This document shows positions 1 through 8,405 of a stretch of DNA of 24,823 nucleotides, one piece after another. The stretch covers positions 6,793 through 31,615 of the forward strand of contig JAVYLZ010000006.1 in NCBI GenBank assembly GCA_038740245.1. The letters are read 5' to 3'. The notes under the pieces were generated by a model. The model was given only the letters and a program-made list of their open reading frames with translations. It ran no database searches and was not told the DNA's origin. The DNA is from Candidatus Micrarchaeia archaeon (lineage in GTDB: Archaea > Micrarchaeota > Micrarchaeia > CAILAH01). The position numbers and the translations under genes were made by a program. Position 1 is the stretch's first letter, and the number at the start of each line of letters is the position of its first letter.

Positions 1-451
1 ACGGGAGCATCCCTGCACGGTGGCACACGCCCATGAGTGCCGCCGACATTAGTGGCAGTGCAAGGCGGGGGACTAGGCCTTCAGGCAGCTGCACATAGGG
101 GATTGAGCGCTCTTTTGCAATATCCATAAGCCTGCCGCCGCATGACATTGCAACGCACGGCCTGCCCTTATCGCAGATTTCAGTAAATGCCTGCACTGTT
201 TCCTCGGTATTGCCAGAGTATGAGATGCATACGTTAAGCCCGTCATCAAACGCCGCCCTGTATCCGTAATCCCTGTGCACCGTGACCTCAACATCATCAA
301 GACAGCTTCTCAGGAAATCGCCGGGCAGTGCACTTCCGCCCATCCCTATTATGTTGAGCTTGCGGGCGGAAACTGAAGGTGCGCGTGCAGCGGCGCCCAA
401 GCGCCAGCCCTCGCGCAGCTGGTACGAAAACGAGGATATCATCTGCTTCAT
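1..451 (-). CDS. Bifunctional phosphoglucose/phosphomannose isomerase (SIS domain), partial; 3' end runs off the window
   Basis: Not in the ORF track. Hand translation from ATG 451 gives MKQMISSFSYQLREGW...NIIGMGGSALPGD...HRDYG...CISYSGNTEETV...SCGGRL...LPEGLVPRLALP, open to the edge. GMGGS, SYSGNTEET and GG-L/P-R motifs are typical of archaeal PGI/PMI. Confidence 0.88.
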   Translation of the reverse strand, partial: MKQMISSFSYQLREGWRLGAAARAPSVSARKLNIIGMGGSALPGDFLRSCLDDVEVTVHRDYGYRAAFDDGLNVCISYSGNTEETVQAFTEICDKGRPCVAMSCGGRLMDIAKERSIPYVQLPEGLVPRLALPLMSAALMGVCHRAGMLP

Positions 452-503
452 AAGTCAATAACTTGCAGCCAAAAATTATAAGGGTTGGCTGAGAGCTTTT
501 GTC

Positions 504-1604
504 ATGTTTGAGACCGGCTACAAGTGTATGGAATGCTCCAAAGCATACCGCACACCTGAAATACTCTACAGGTGCCCTGCCTGCGGCGGCGCTCTTGAAG
601 TGACATACGACTATGCAAAAGTTAAGGCCAACTTCATTTCAGAGCAGTTCAGGTTTATGTGTCCCAAGCATATGAAATACCACTTTGCACTGCCGCTTAA
701 GGAGCCGCACAATGCAGTAACGATGGGTGAGGGAGGCACTCCACTAATAAAAATAAGCGAAGGGCTGTATGCAAAATTTGAGGGGGTAAACCCGACCGGC
801 TCGTTCAAGGACCGTGGCTCATCGGTTGAGATAAGCAAGGCGATTGAGCTTGGGAGAACGCATGTTGCTTGCGCATCAACCGGCAATATGGGTGCAAGTG
901 TTGCCGCATATGCAGCGCACGGCGGCATTAAAGCGACGATATTCGTGCCGCCGTTCGCTGAGAAAATCAAGCTCAAGCAGATGGAGTATTACGGTGCCGA
1001 GATCAGGGTTGTGCGCGGGACGTATACGCGCGTGATGGAAGAGTGTGCCAAATACGCAAAAAAGGCAGGTGCATACCTGACGGGAGATTATCCCTACCGG
1101 CTTGAGGGGCAGAAAACGGTTGCTTATGAAATTGCCGACCAGATGGGCTATGAGGTGCCGGACAATATTGTAATCCCCGTTGGCAACGGCACGCTGTTTT
1201 ATGCTACATACAAAGCGTTCAAAGAAATGGGCGAGCTAGGCATCGCAAGGAAAATTCCGCGTCTCATTGCAGTGCAGGCGGGCGGGTGCGCATCTGTGGT
1301 TGATGCATACGTGCACAAGAGAGCGCGGCTGCTGCCGGTAAAGCGGCCGAAAACGATTGCAGGTGCAATCAACTGCGACCTGCCCGTTGAGGGTGCGGGC
1401 ATATTGCGCGCCCTGCGAGAAAGCAATGGGATGGCGATTGCAGTAAGCGACCGCGAGATGATACGCGCCAAAAGGGAATTGTCGCAAAAGGGCATATATC
1501 CGGAGATTTCATCTGCGGCGGCGTACGCAGCCCTGCCAAAGCTAAAAATGGCCGGCAAAACAGTTATTGTGGTAACGGGCATCGGGTTCAAGGATAAATA
1601 TTAG
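504..1604 (+). CDS. thrC: Threonine synthase (PLP fold type II) with N-terminal CxxC...CxxC
   Basis: Motifs MGEGGTPL, EGVNPTGSFKDRG (PLP lysine), CASTGNMGASVAAYA, EGQKT, PVGNG and TGIGFKD. Confidence 0.88.
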   Translation: MFETGYKCMECSKAYRTPEILYRCPACGGALEVTYDYAKVKANFISEQFRFMCPKHMKYHFALPLKEPHNAVTMGEGGTPLIKISEGLYAKFEGVNPTGSFKDRGSSVEISKAIELGRTHVACASTGNMGASVAAYAAHGGIKATIFVPPFAEKIKLKQMEYYGAEIRVVRGTYTRVMEECAKYAKKAGAYLTGDYPYRLEGQKTVAYEIADQMGYEVPDNIVIPVGNGTLFYATYKAFKEMGELGIARKIPRLIAVQAGGCASVVDAYVHKRARLLPVKRPKTIAGAINCDLPVEGAGILRALRESNGMAIAVSDREMIRAKRELSQKGIYPEISSAAAYAALPKLKMAGKTVIVVTGIGFKDKY

Positions 1605-2431
1605 CGATATGTGGGGACTTGAACTTGCCCACTTATGGAAATTGGATAAGTGCTTACATTTATCGATGAATTTGAGAAATAGCACGGCTTTCCTACAGAG
1701 AAAGAATGGTTTTGGTGCAATTGGACTTCCAAAAAATTGGATGTGCTATTTCCTAATATGCGTAGGCCTGAAATACCAGCCCCTTTACCTATATCCCCAA
1801 AGTCAATGTAAACAAGCTTTCCACTATAATTGAGTGTATAACGATTGAGAGTTGTCTTTGAAAGGTAATACATCGCATTTATAGATTCTGAGCCGTTACT
1901 TATAACCCGCAACCTTACTGGCATGCTGCCTGTATTCGCCCATGGCTCAAAGGATGAGAGAGACTCATTTACTGAGAGGGATATGGATAAATTAACTAAC
2001 GATTGCGAACTCAGGTAAATTTGTGTATCATTTAATGTATAATTTTTATATATCGTGAGGCCTTCGTCCCCGCAAACAATATTAAGAGTAGAATTCATGA
2101 ATGTGGTGCTTATGTTGCGCTGTGTAATATTTGAATATCCTCTTAGGAATAAAACATATTTGCTTGAAGATGCAACCAAGTTTTTAATAGGTGCGAACGT
2201 AAAAGAACGTGAGATTGTTTCATTTGTTGAGGATAATGAGTATGTGATGCCGTACAGGTCACAGAGGTCTGTCCCAACATCATCATATTGGCTGCTCATG
2301 CTCAAGGAATGCGAATGCTGGGAAGGGATTCTTTCTGTAAAAGAATACACCTCTACTGCTCCATAGTAGTAAAAAAGTAATATCGATACAAGCGCTACAG
2401 AAATAATAGCCAAAAAGATCCCGCGCCTCAT
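1601..2431 (-). CDS. Pilin-like secreted glycoprotein (class III-like signal peptide)
   Basis: Likely start ATG 2431 (MRRG|IFLAIISVALVSILLF), downstream of GGTGAGGAG. The rest is a Ser/Thr/Asn-rich, beta-like body. Last gene of the pilin-like run. Confidence 0.7.
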   Translation of the reverse strand: MRRGIFLAIISVALVSILLFYYYGAVEVYSFTERIPSQHSHSLSMSSQYDDVGTDLCDLYGITYSLSSTNETISRSFTFAPIKNLVASSSKYVLFLRGYSNITQRNISTTFMNSTLNIVCGDEGLTIYKNYTLNDTQIYLSSQSLVNLSISLSVNESLSSFEPWANTGSMPVRLRVISNGSESINAMYYLSKTTLNRYTLNYSGKLVYIDFGDIGKGAGISGLRILGNSTSNFLEVQLHQNHSFSVGKPCYFSNSSINVSTYPISISGQVQVPTYR

Positions 2432-2438
2432 CCCACCG

Positions 2439-2852
2439 CTACTCCTCACCACGCTGCCTATACCAACCACCTAATTCAGCCATATATGGCTCGCCGTTAT
2501 ATACAAAGGCCCTGCGCGAATACACTTCTATGTTACGCAGAGGTGCCTTGCAAGCGGGCTTATGCACCGCTGAAACGCGTTTGCCTTGTGAATCCTCTAT
2601 ACGCAAGTAAAAGCAGTATTGCTCAGGGGAATACTGCAAAATATGCATAATGCTTATAACATCATTGCCTGCAAGCCTATGCAGATACCCCCCCTTATCA
2701 AGAACTGTCAAGAGGTCATTTGAATAGGCGTACAGATTGTAGTCGCGGTATATATCGCTGACAAAAAATGAAATATCAAAAAGAATTGCTATATACGAAA
2801 TCATTACAAGCGCTATAAAGCTGTCAAGCATAAAAACAATACCACGCCGCAT
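2439..2852 (-). CDS. Minor pilin-like protein
   Basis: MRRG|IVFMLDSFIALVMISYIAILF matches the archaeal G|xxFxxD pilin-like N-terminus. Confidence 0.75.
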   Translation of the reverse strand: MRRGIVFMLDSFIALVMISYIAILFDISFFVSDIYRDYNLYAYSNDLLTVLDKGGYLHRLAGNDVISIMHILQYSPEQYCFYLRIEDSQGKRVSAVHKPACKAPLRNIEVYSRRAFVYNGEPYMAELGGWYRQRGEE

Positions 2853-2858
2853 AACACC

Positions 2859-3374
2859 TTACCTCCAAATAATTATTTGTATGCGGCTTATTGAGCCATT
2901 AAGCAGCACTGGGCGCTCAAGCCTGTATAAAGTCGCATTTGAGGGCGGCGAGAGGCCCGCTTCAAGGTAAGTTTGCGAAGAATTAAAGGCAATGAGTTTC
3001 AAGTATAAATTGTCCTTTACTCCAAGTGTTTCGCGAAGGGTATTATAATCAGCTCTAGAAAGTGCTACTGCCCTCCGCCACTCAACAACACAATCACTTG
3101 TCGTAATTGATGGCACTAAGGCATCTGACAGATTTCCAGATGACCAATTATACGGGGAGGGAGGCGAATAAAGCAAAATGTCAGCAACATGTTGAGCCTC
3201 CTTTGAAAGCTCGACATACTCAAATGATTGTATGTCTTCAAGCGCCAAATTAGAATAAGTAGATATAGCTAGGGCTATCAAAGAAATTGCAACCAATGAA
3301 GCAACTATTGAATCAAAAGTGAAGAGCTGGCCTCTACCCTCACCAAAGTGCCAAATCTCACAAATCCTCAACAT
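2859..3374 (-). CDS. Minor pilin-like protein
   Basis: RG|QLFTFDSIVASLVAISLIALA class III-like signal. Start moved to ATG 3374 because the upstream part of the 213-aa ORF overlaps the previous gene; exact start uncertain. Confidence 0.7.
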   Translation of the reverse strand: MLRICEIWHFGEGRGQLFTFDSIVASLVAISLIALAISTYSNLALEDIQSFEYVELSKEAQHVADILLYSPPSPYNWSSGNLSDALVPSITTSDCVVEWRRAVALSRADYNTLRETLGVKDNLYLKLIAFNSSQTYLEAGLSPPSNATLYRLERPVLLNGSISRIQIIIWR

Positions 3375-3738
3375 AAACAATACCGCCTGCCTTACGAAGC
3401 CTAACCGAAGTACCATTGAATAGTAGCTTAACATCATCTGTAAGCAATTGCGAATATGCAACTGCACTCCCAAACTCAGCCCGGAGGGTTCTTCCTTCAA
3501 GCGAATAAGTTATTCCTCCACGCAACAGTGATAAGTTTGCCGTACAGTTTGACGCATCCTGTGCCGCCACCCCATTTATAGCCGCGGCCAACATATCTGC
3601 TGAAGTTTGGGCGTATAGGTAAGCCATACGGTCCATTGTTGAATCTGAGATACCCTGATATGCTAAGAAATATGTAAGGAGAATGAACATATAGGCTACC
3701 AAAACCACCATAAACTCCAAGCTAGCTTGCCCATTCAT
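3358..3738 (-). CDS. Minor pilin, class III signal peptide (DUF361-type)
   Basis: MNG|QASLEFMVVLVAYMFILL with Q at +1 and E at +5. Confidence 0.82.
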   Translation of the reverse strand: MNGQASLEFMVVLVAYMFILLTYFLAYQGISDSTMDRMAYLYAQTSADMLAAAINGVAAQDASNCTANLSLLRGGITYSLEGRTLRAEFGSAVAYSQLLTDDVKLLFNGTSVRLRKAGGIVYVEDL

Positions 3739-3743
3739 TCAGA

Positions 3744-5807
3744 TCACACTACTTGGAATGTTGTTTGGTTTATGGGCCCCCATATGTTGCCCACGGTTTG
3801 CCTGCACTGCACCTCAAGGGTATGAAGCCCGCGTGCATAGGTACCCATATTCCTAGTAACCTCCTCTACAGGTGAGTCATAGCTCCCATCTGCAGCAATC
3901 ATGTTTCTCCAGGGCCCCCCATCTACCCGTGCCCTGCAGAGGTTTATTACCGAATCTCCACGAGAAGTGTCATCACCAATTGCAGATGCTATTACTGGCG
4001 TAACTGGGGTTGGATTTGATGGAGAAACGGAGGGTTTCAGTGCGAGTGGCCCCACATCATCCACTACCGAGAATGTATACGTCCTTGAACCTATATTGTT
4101 ATAGTAATCCGCACAGAATATTGTTGCATTGTGTGAGCCGGCATAGAGATAGCCTATATTTCTATATACCTCTTCCTGAGGTTCATCAAAGGCACCATCC
4201 TCAGCACTCATGCTAAGATTTGTCCCATTTGAATCTATTTGCACATTGCACCATATTATTACTGAATCGCCAAGACCCCAATCATTAGCTCCTGAATGGA
4301 CTGTTATAAGTTGGGACATCCCTGGTGTATTACTGGGCTCAAGCCAAAAAGACGTTATTGATGGGGGAGAATAGTCTGGTGGGAGCACCCCAAACCATTC
4401 TGAAGTTACTGGACCTATATTGCCAAATTCATCCTGGCATCTCACCATCGCAAAATATTCACCTATGCCGAACATGCCCAAGTTTCCAGTAACAATCTCA
4501 TAGGGGGAGTTATACTCACCATCTTCAGCTTTCATTTCAGTCCAGAAACATTGTGAATAGTTTGTTGTCATCTCACCAACAAGTATTTTTGAATTGCCAC
4601 GAGATGTATCATCGCATCTGCCACGGATTATAACATCATCTTGATAAGCATGTATAACCCATACTGGATTTGATGTGTTTGCTCTTATCGAGATAATACT
4701 CGATAATGGGCCCAAAGTATCATTCAGGGGCATTACAGTAATTGAAAGCGAAACTGTTGCAGTGTATGTGCCATCTGCAATTGCAGTTATTGCCCCTGTA
4801 TACGTGCCGCTTGGTTGCCCGGCAGGCACGGTTATTGAGAACTGCTTTGGAACACAGCTGTTTGGGGGTATCGGACCTACCGCGCCAGTATTCCAAACCC
4901 AGCCACCTGCCGTCCCACTTTTACTAAACTCAACACGGTTAACCGATAGATTCAGCGTGCAGAAATGTATGTACTTGCTTATCGTTGCACCCCCATAGGT
5001 TGTTTGTGACCAGCTGTTTGGGTTGGCATAGAACACAGGTAATGTCTGGTTTCCGGCCTCAGAAAAAACATACACAGTAATCGGGAGGTAAACCGTGTCA
5101 ATAACGTTTCCATCCGTAGAATTTATTGCAAGAAGACCATCATATATACCAGCAGAGCCAGTAGTCGCCTCAACCGTTATTACAAAATCCTCCTGCTCTG
5201 AAACGGAAAGGCTCTTAAAGCTAGGTGAAACTGACAGCGGGATGGTGCTGTCATATGGCCATTCAAACCATAAGGATACATTCACATCACTCGTATGGAC
5301 GTTTTCTATGTATATTGTGCTTGTCCTAGAATTGCGCTCATACAGGACATATGCGAGAGGATCGTAAATCACATTAATGAAGGGAGGCCCTATACGTACA
5401 TAATCCCCATATGAGGTTACCCATACTTCTTGCTTGCCTGGGATAAGTGGGAGCATGCCCCTGATAGGTACTGCCGGTGACGCAGTCAAGTAAGAATCAC
5501 CTGCTTTAAGCAAAATCGTATTGTTGACTATTTTTGTAGACGAAGGATCAATGCTGGTTGGAACATCCACCACAACTTTTTTGCGTGCACCCTTCCCCTG
5601 ATAATAAACCTCCTCGGCTGCGCTAGCCAGCTTATCAACAAAAATCCTTGCCTCATTCATTTCCTTGGTTTTAGAAACTGTAGTCATCTGCTCGTTTGAG
5701 AGGAATATGCCCACTAAAATGACAAATAAAACTGCTGCCAAGAGCATCAAAATTTCAACACTGCTCTGCGCGCGCGCACCTTTAGTTGACAGGCTGTGCA
5801 TAGACAT
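3744..5807 (-). CDS. Large pilin-anchored adhesin-like protein with tandem Ig-like domains
   Basis: RA|QSSVEILMLLAAVLFVILVG class III signal and pilin-like N-domain, followed by beta-rich repeats. ATG 5807 overlaps the kaiC-like stop (TGATG). Confidence 0.8.
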   Translation of the reverse strand: MSMHSLSTKGARAQSSVEILMLLAAVLFVILVGIFLSNEQMTTVSKTKEMNEARIFVDKLASAAEEVYYQGKGARKKVVVDVPTSIDPSSTKIVNNTILLKAGDSYLTASPAVPIRGMLPLIPGKQEVWVTSYGDYVRIGPPFINVIYDPLAYVLYERNSRTSTIYIENVHTSDVNVSLWFEWPYDSTIPLSVSPSFKSLSVSEQEDFVITVEATTGSAGIYDGLLAINSTDGNVIDTVYLPITVYVFSEAGNQTLPVFYANPNSWSQTTYGGATISKYIHFCTLNLSVNRVEFSKSGTAGGWVWNTGAVGPIPPNSCVPKQFSITVPAGQPSGTYTGAITAIADGTYTATVSLSITVMPLNDTLGPLSSIISIRANTSNPVWVIHAYQDDVIIRGRCDDTSRGNSKILVGEMTTNYSQCFWTEMKAEDGEYNSPYEIVTGNLGMFGIGEYFAMVRCQDEFGNIGPVTSEWFGVLPPDYSPPSITSFWLEPSNTPGMSQLITVHSGANDWGLGDSVIIWCNVQIDSNGTNLSMSAEDGAFDEPQEEVYRNIGYLYAGSHNATIFCADYYNNIGSRTYTFSVVDDVGPLALKPSVSPSNPTPVTPVIASAIGDDTSRGDSVINLCRARVDGGPWRNMIAADGSYDSPVEEVTRNMGTYARGLHTLEVQCRQTVGNIWGPINQTTFQVV
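3747..4724 (-). repeat. Three tandem ~105-aa protein repeats at the C-terminus of the large pilin-like protein
   Basis: Each unit follows roughly Dxx(G/P)P...D...G(D/N)S.I...M.A.DG.(Y/F)(D/N).P.E.V..N.G....G.(H/Y).....C.....N....F.V. Approximate units are 4724-4386, 4379-4065 and 4061-3747. Confidence 0.85.
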
Positions 5808-6580
5808 CACTTTTTGGGAGCGGGCCCAACAACAATCCCATTGTTGGTAAGCTGGTAGGGGACCTTGCCCCTGTAATGCTCAGTCCCCCGCATCTTGACA
5901 ATCTCAAGCGCATTATCCTTCTGGCCCGACTCGTACGACATGTTGAGGTTTATGACACCGTCCGCAAGGAATGCGATCGTCGGGTGCACTGCCTCCATTG
6001 ATATTCCGGAGGAGTGGAACTCAACAAGCGCAAGCGTGGTCATATCCCATGAGCGCAGTGATGCAAAAAGGCTTACAACGCCTGCACGCATATCGCTTTT
6101 CTTCTCGTAAAACATAATCATAGCGGATAGCGGGTCAAGCACCACACGCTTGGCACCTATCTGATCAATTGCATCCTTTATTATCCCGCCGCCACCGCGT
6201 ATAATCTCGCGAATCTCATTCGGGCTGTATGTAAGAACAACAAGCTTCTTCTCCTTCTCAAGCTTCTCAACATCCATGCCAAGCCGGAGCATATGGCTCC
6301 TGAACCGCTCACTGTCATGCTCAAGGTTTATGAGTAGGCCGGGCTCGTTATACTTTACTATGCCGTTGTAAAGGAACTGGACGCCCATTATGGTCTTGCC
6401 CGAGCCAGGACCTCCCATTACAACCACAACACTGCCCCTTTCAAAGCCGCCCTCAATCAACTCATCAAGGCCGGGTATCCCAGTTGGCACCCGTGGTATC
6501 TGTGTTGGCCGTGCAATTTTTGGTTTATGCTCTTCCACCTTACCCCTAAGATTCCGCTTAATGCTGCCAACCATCTTCAT
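5807..6580 (-). CDS. Single-domain KaiC/RAD55-family ATPase
   Basis: RVPTGIPGLDELIEGG, Walker A GGPGSGKT, KRVVLD, LADGVI and LEIVKMRGT. Confidence 0.9.
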   Translation of the reverse strand: MKMVGSIKRNLRGKVEEHKPKIARPTQIPRVPTGIPGLDELIEGGFERGSVVVVMGGPGSGKTIMGVQFLYNGIVKYNEPGLLINLEHDSERFRSHMLRLGMDVEKLEKEKKLVVLTYSPNEIREIIRGGGGIIKDAIDQIGAKRVVLDPLSAMIMFYEKKSDMRAGVVSLFASLRSWDMTTLALVEFHSSGISMEAVHPTIAFLADGVINLNMSYESGQKDNALEIVKMRGTEHYRGKVPYQLTNNGIVVGPAPKK

Positions 6581-6590
6581 AACTGACTAA

Positions 6591-6635
6591 TCCCCCCCAA
6601 AGGTTATAAAACTATTTGCCGAATGGGATAAATAG
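6591..6635. promoter_or_regulatory. Divergent promoter region between the kaiC-like gene and the pilus ATPase
   Basis: TTATAAAA at 6604-6611 (TTTTATAA on -) lies ~24 nt before the kaiC-like ATG. ATAAATA near 6628-6634 lies ~30 nt before ATG 6666. Confidence 0.5.
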
Positions 6636-6665
6636 CATATCCCCCAAGGGGAAGAGGCGGCCCTT

Positions 6666-8402
6666 ATGAAGACAATTGTAGACCGGTTTATGGACCTTCT
6701 TATGAAGAGCAGGCGCGTAAGCGTCAAGCAGGCCGCAGTGGAGCTTAAGTGGAGCGAATTTGCAATTGAACGGCTCGGGGTAATACTTGAGAAAAGGGGC
6801 ATTGCGCGCGTTGACTTCCCAGTGAATCCATTGGAAAGCATTATGATAAACTTTGTAAAGGAAGCTGCCCCTGAGATTGTCCGGCCAAAGCCAAAAATCA
6901 CAAAAGTAAGGGATAAATACAGCCTGAACGCTGATGGGGTCCCTGCAGAAATTACAATTTACGAATCGCAGGAGGACCGGTCAAGCGGATACTATATTGA
7001 GATGCCAACGCTGAGCCCTTATACGAGGATGTTTGTTGATGAGCTTAAGGAGGAGGTCATAAAGGAAGTGCCCATTGAGCTTGAGCTTGTCACAGATGTT
7101 GACAAGGCTGAGGCAATCAAAAGGATGTTCCATAAGAATATACTTGAGATGCTTAACAGATATGGCTTGCCTGAAAGCGAGAAAACGCTCATCGGCGGGA
7201 TCATCCTTCATGAAATGAACGGGCTCGGCGATATTGAGATGCTGATCGCCGATGACTGGCTTGAGGAAGTAATAATCAATGCCGCATCTATCCCCATCGG
7301 TGTTTACCACAGGAAGTACGGCTGGCTTGAAACCAATGTTTACGTAAAAAGCGAGGAAGCCATTGCTGACTACTCCTCATTCATCGGCAGAAAGATTGGC
7401 AGGAACATAACAACCTTAAACCCAATACTTGATGCGCACCTTATCAGCGGTGATCGTGTCAATGCTACACTTTTCCCGATATCAACGCGCGGAAATACGA
7501 TAACTATCCGTAAGTTTGCAAGAAACCCGTGGACGATAACTAACTTCATCTCGCCTGAGATGAACACAATGAGCATTGACATGGCTGCAATGCTGTGGCA
7601 GGCGATGCAGTATGAGATGAACATAATAATCGCGGGGGGCACAGCAAGCGGTAAGACAACCACGCTGAACTCGCTGGCGGCATTCATACAGCCGTACCAC
7701 AGGATAATCAGCATTGAGGATACGCGTGAAATCATGCTCCCGCAGTATATGTGGAACTGGATACCTACGGTAACACGGGTTGCAAACCCAGAGGGCCTTG
7801 GGGAAGTTAGCATGCTGGACCTTATGGTGTCCTCGCTTAGGATGCGGCCGGACCGCATCATAGTGGGTGAAATCAGGAGGAGCAGGGAGGCAGAGGTGCT
7901 GTTTGAGGCGATGCACACGGGCCACTCGGTATACTCCACGCTGCACGCGGATACCGGCTTCCAGGTCCTTAAGCGCATTACTGAGCCCCCCATATCCGTG
8001 CCAAAGTCTGAAATGCAGGCAGTGCACCTCATAGTGGTGCAGCACAGGGACCGCCGGCTCAACCTCAGGAAAACTATGGAGATAAGCGAAGTTGTTGAGG
8101 GTGCCGGTGGCGAGCCGGACCTCAACGTGCTCTACAGGTGGCGCCCAAAGCAGGATAAGTTTGACTTAATTGCGGAGCCGGTAAAATACTATCAGGAAAT
8201 GAACCTCAACACCGGCATGACCCCCTCCGAGATAAAGGAGGATATTGCCGACAAGAAAATAGTGCTGAAATACATGCTTGACAAGAAAGTTGAGACGCTG
8301 AACGAAGTTGGCCGCCTGATGAAGATATATTACACCGACCCTGATTTTGTGCTCAACTCAGCCAAGAAGGGAGTGCCCAAGAGCAAGATGCTTGAGGGAT
8401 GA
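6666..8402 (+). CDS. Type IV pilus/Tad assembly ATPase (CpaF/VirB11 family)
   Basis: LEEVIIN, TITIRKF, Walker A GGTASGKTT, Asp box SIEDTRE, LRMRPDRIIVGEIR and His box MHTGHSVYSTLHA. Confidence 0.93.
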   Translation: MKTIVDRFMDLLMKSRRVSVKQAAVELKWSEFAIERLGVILEKRGIARVDFPVNPLESIMINFVKEAAPEIVRPKPKITKVRDKYSLNADGVPAEITIYESQEDRSSGYYIEMPTLSPYTRMFVDELKEEVIKEVPIELELVTDVDKAEAIKRMFHKNILEMLNRYGLPESEKTLIGGIILHEMNGLGDIEMLIADDWLEEVIINAASIPIGVYHRKYGWLETNVYVKSEEAIADYSSFIGRKIGRNITTLNPILDAHLISGDRVNATLFPISTRGNTITIRKFARNPWTITNFISPEMNTMSIDMAAMLWQAMQYEMNIIIAGGTASGKTTTLNSLAAFIQPYHRIISIEDTREIMLPQYMWNWIPTVTRVANPEGLGEVSMLDLMVSSLRMRPDRIIVGEIRRSREAEVLFEAMHTGHSVYSTLHADTGFQVLKRITEPPISVPKSEMQAVHLIVVQHRDRRLNLRKTMEISEVVEGAGGEPDLNVLYRWRPKQDKFDLIAEPVKYYQEMNLNTGMTPSEIKEDIADKKIVLKYMLDKKVETLNEVGRLMKIYYTDPDFVLNSAKKGVPKSKMLEG

Positions 8403-8405
8403 CCT

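Noticed and set aside
73..300. 75-aa ORF on the - strand
   Set aside because: It is an alternative frame inside the PGI/PMI gene.
1601..5807. Diversity-generating retroelement target or mobile element explaining the low-GC cassette
   Set aside because: I saw no reverse transcriptase, TR/VR pair, transposase, integrase or terminal repeats.
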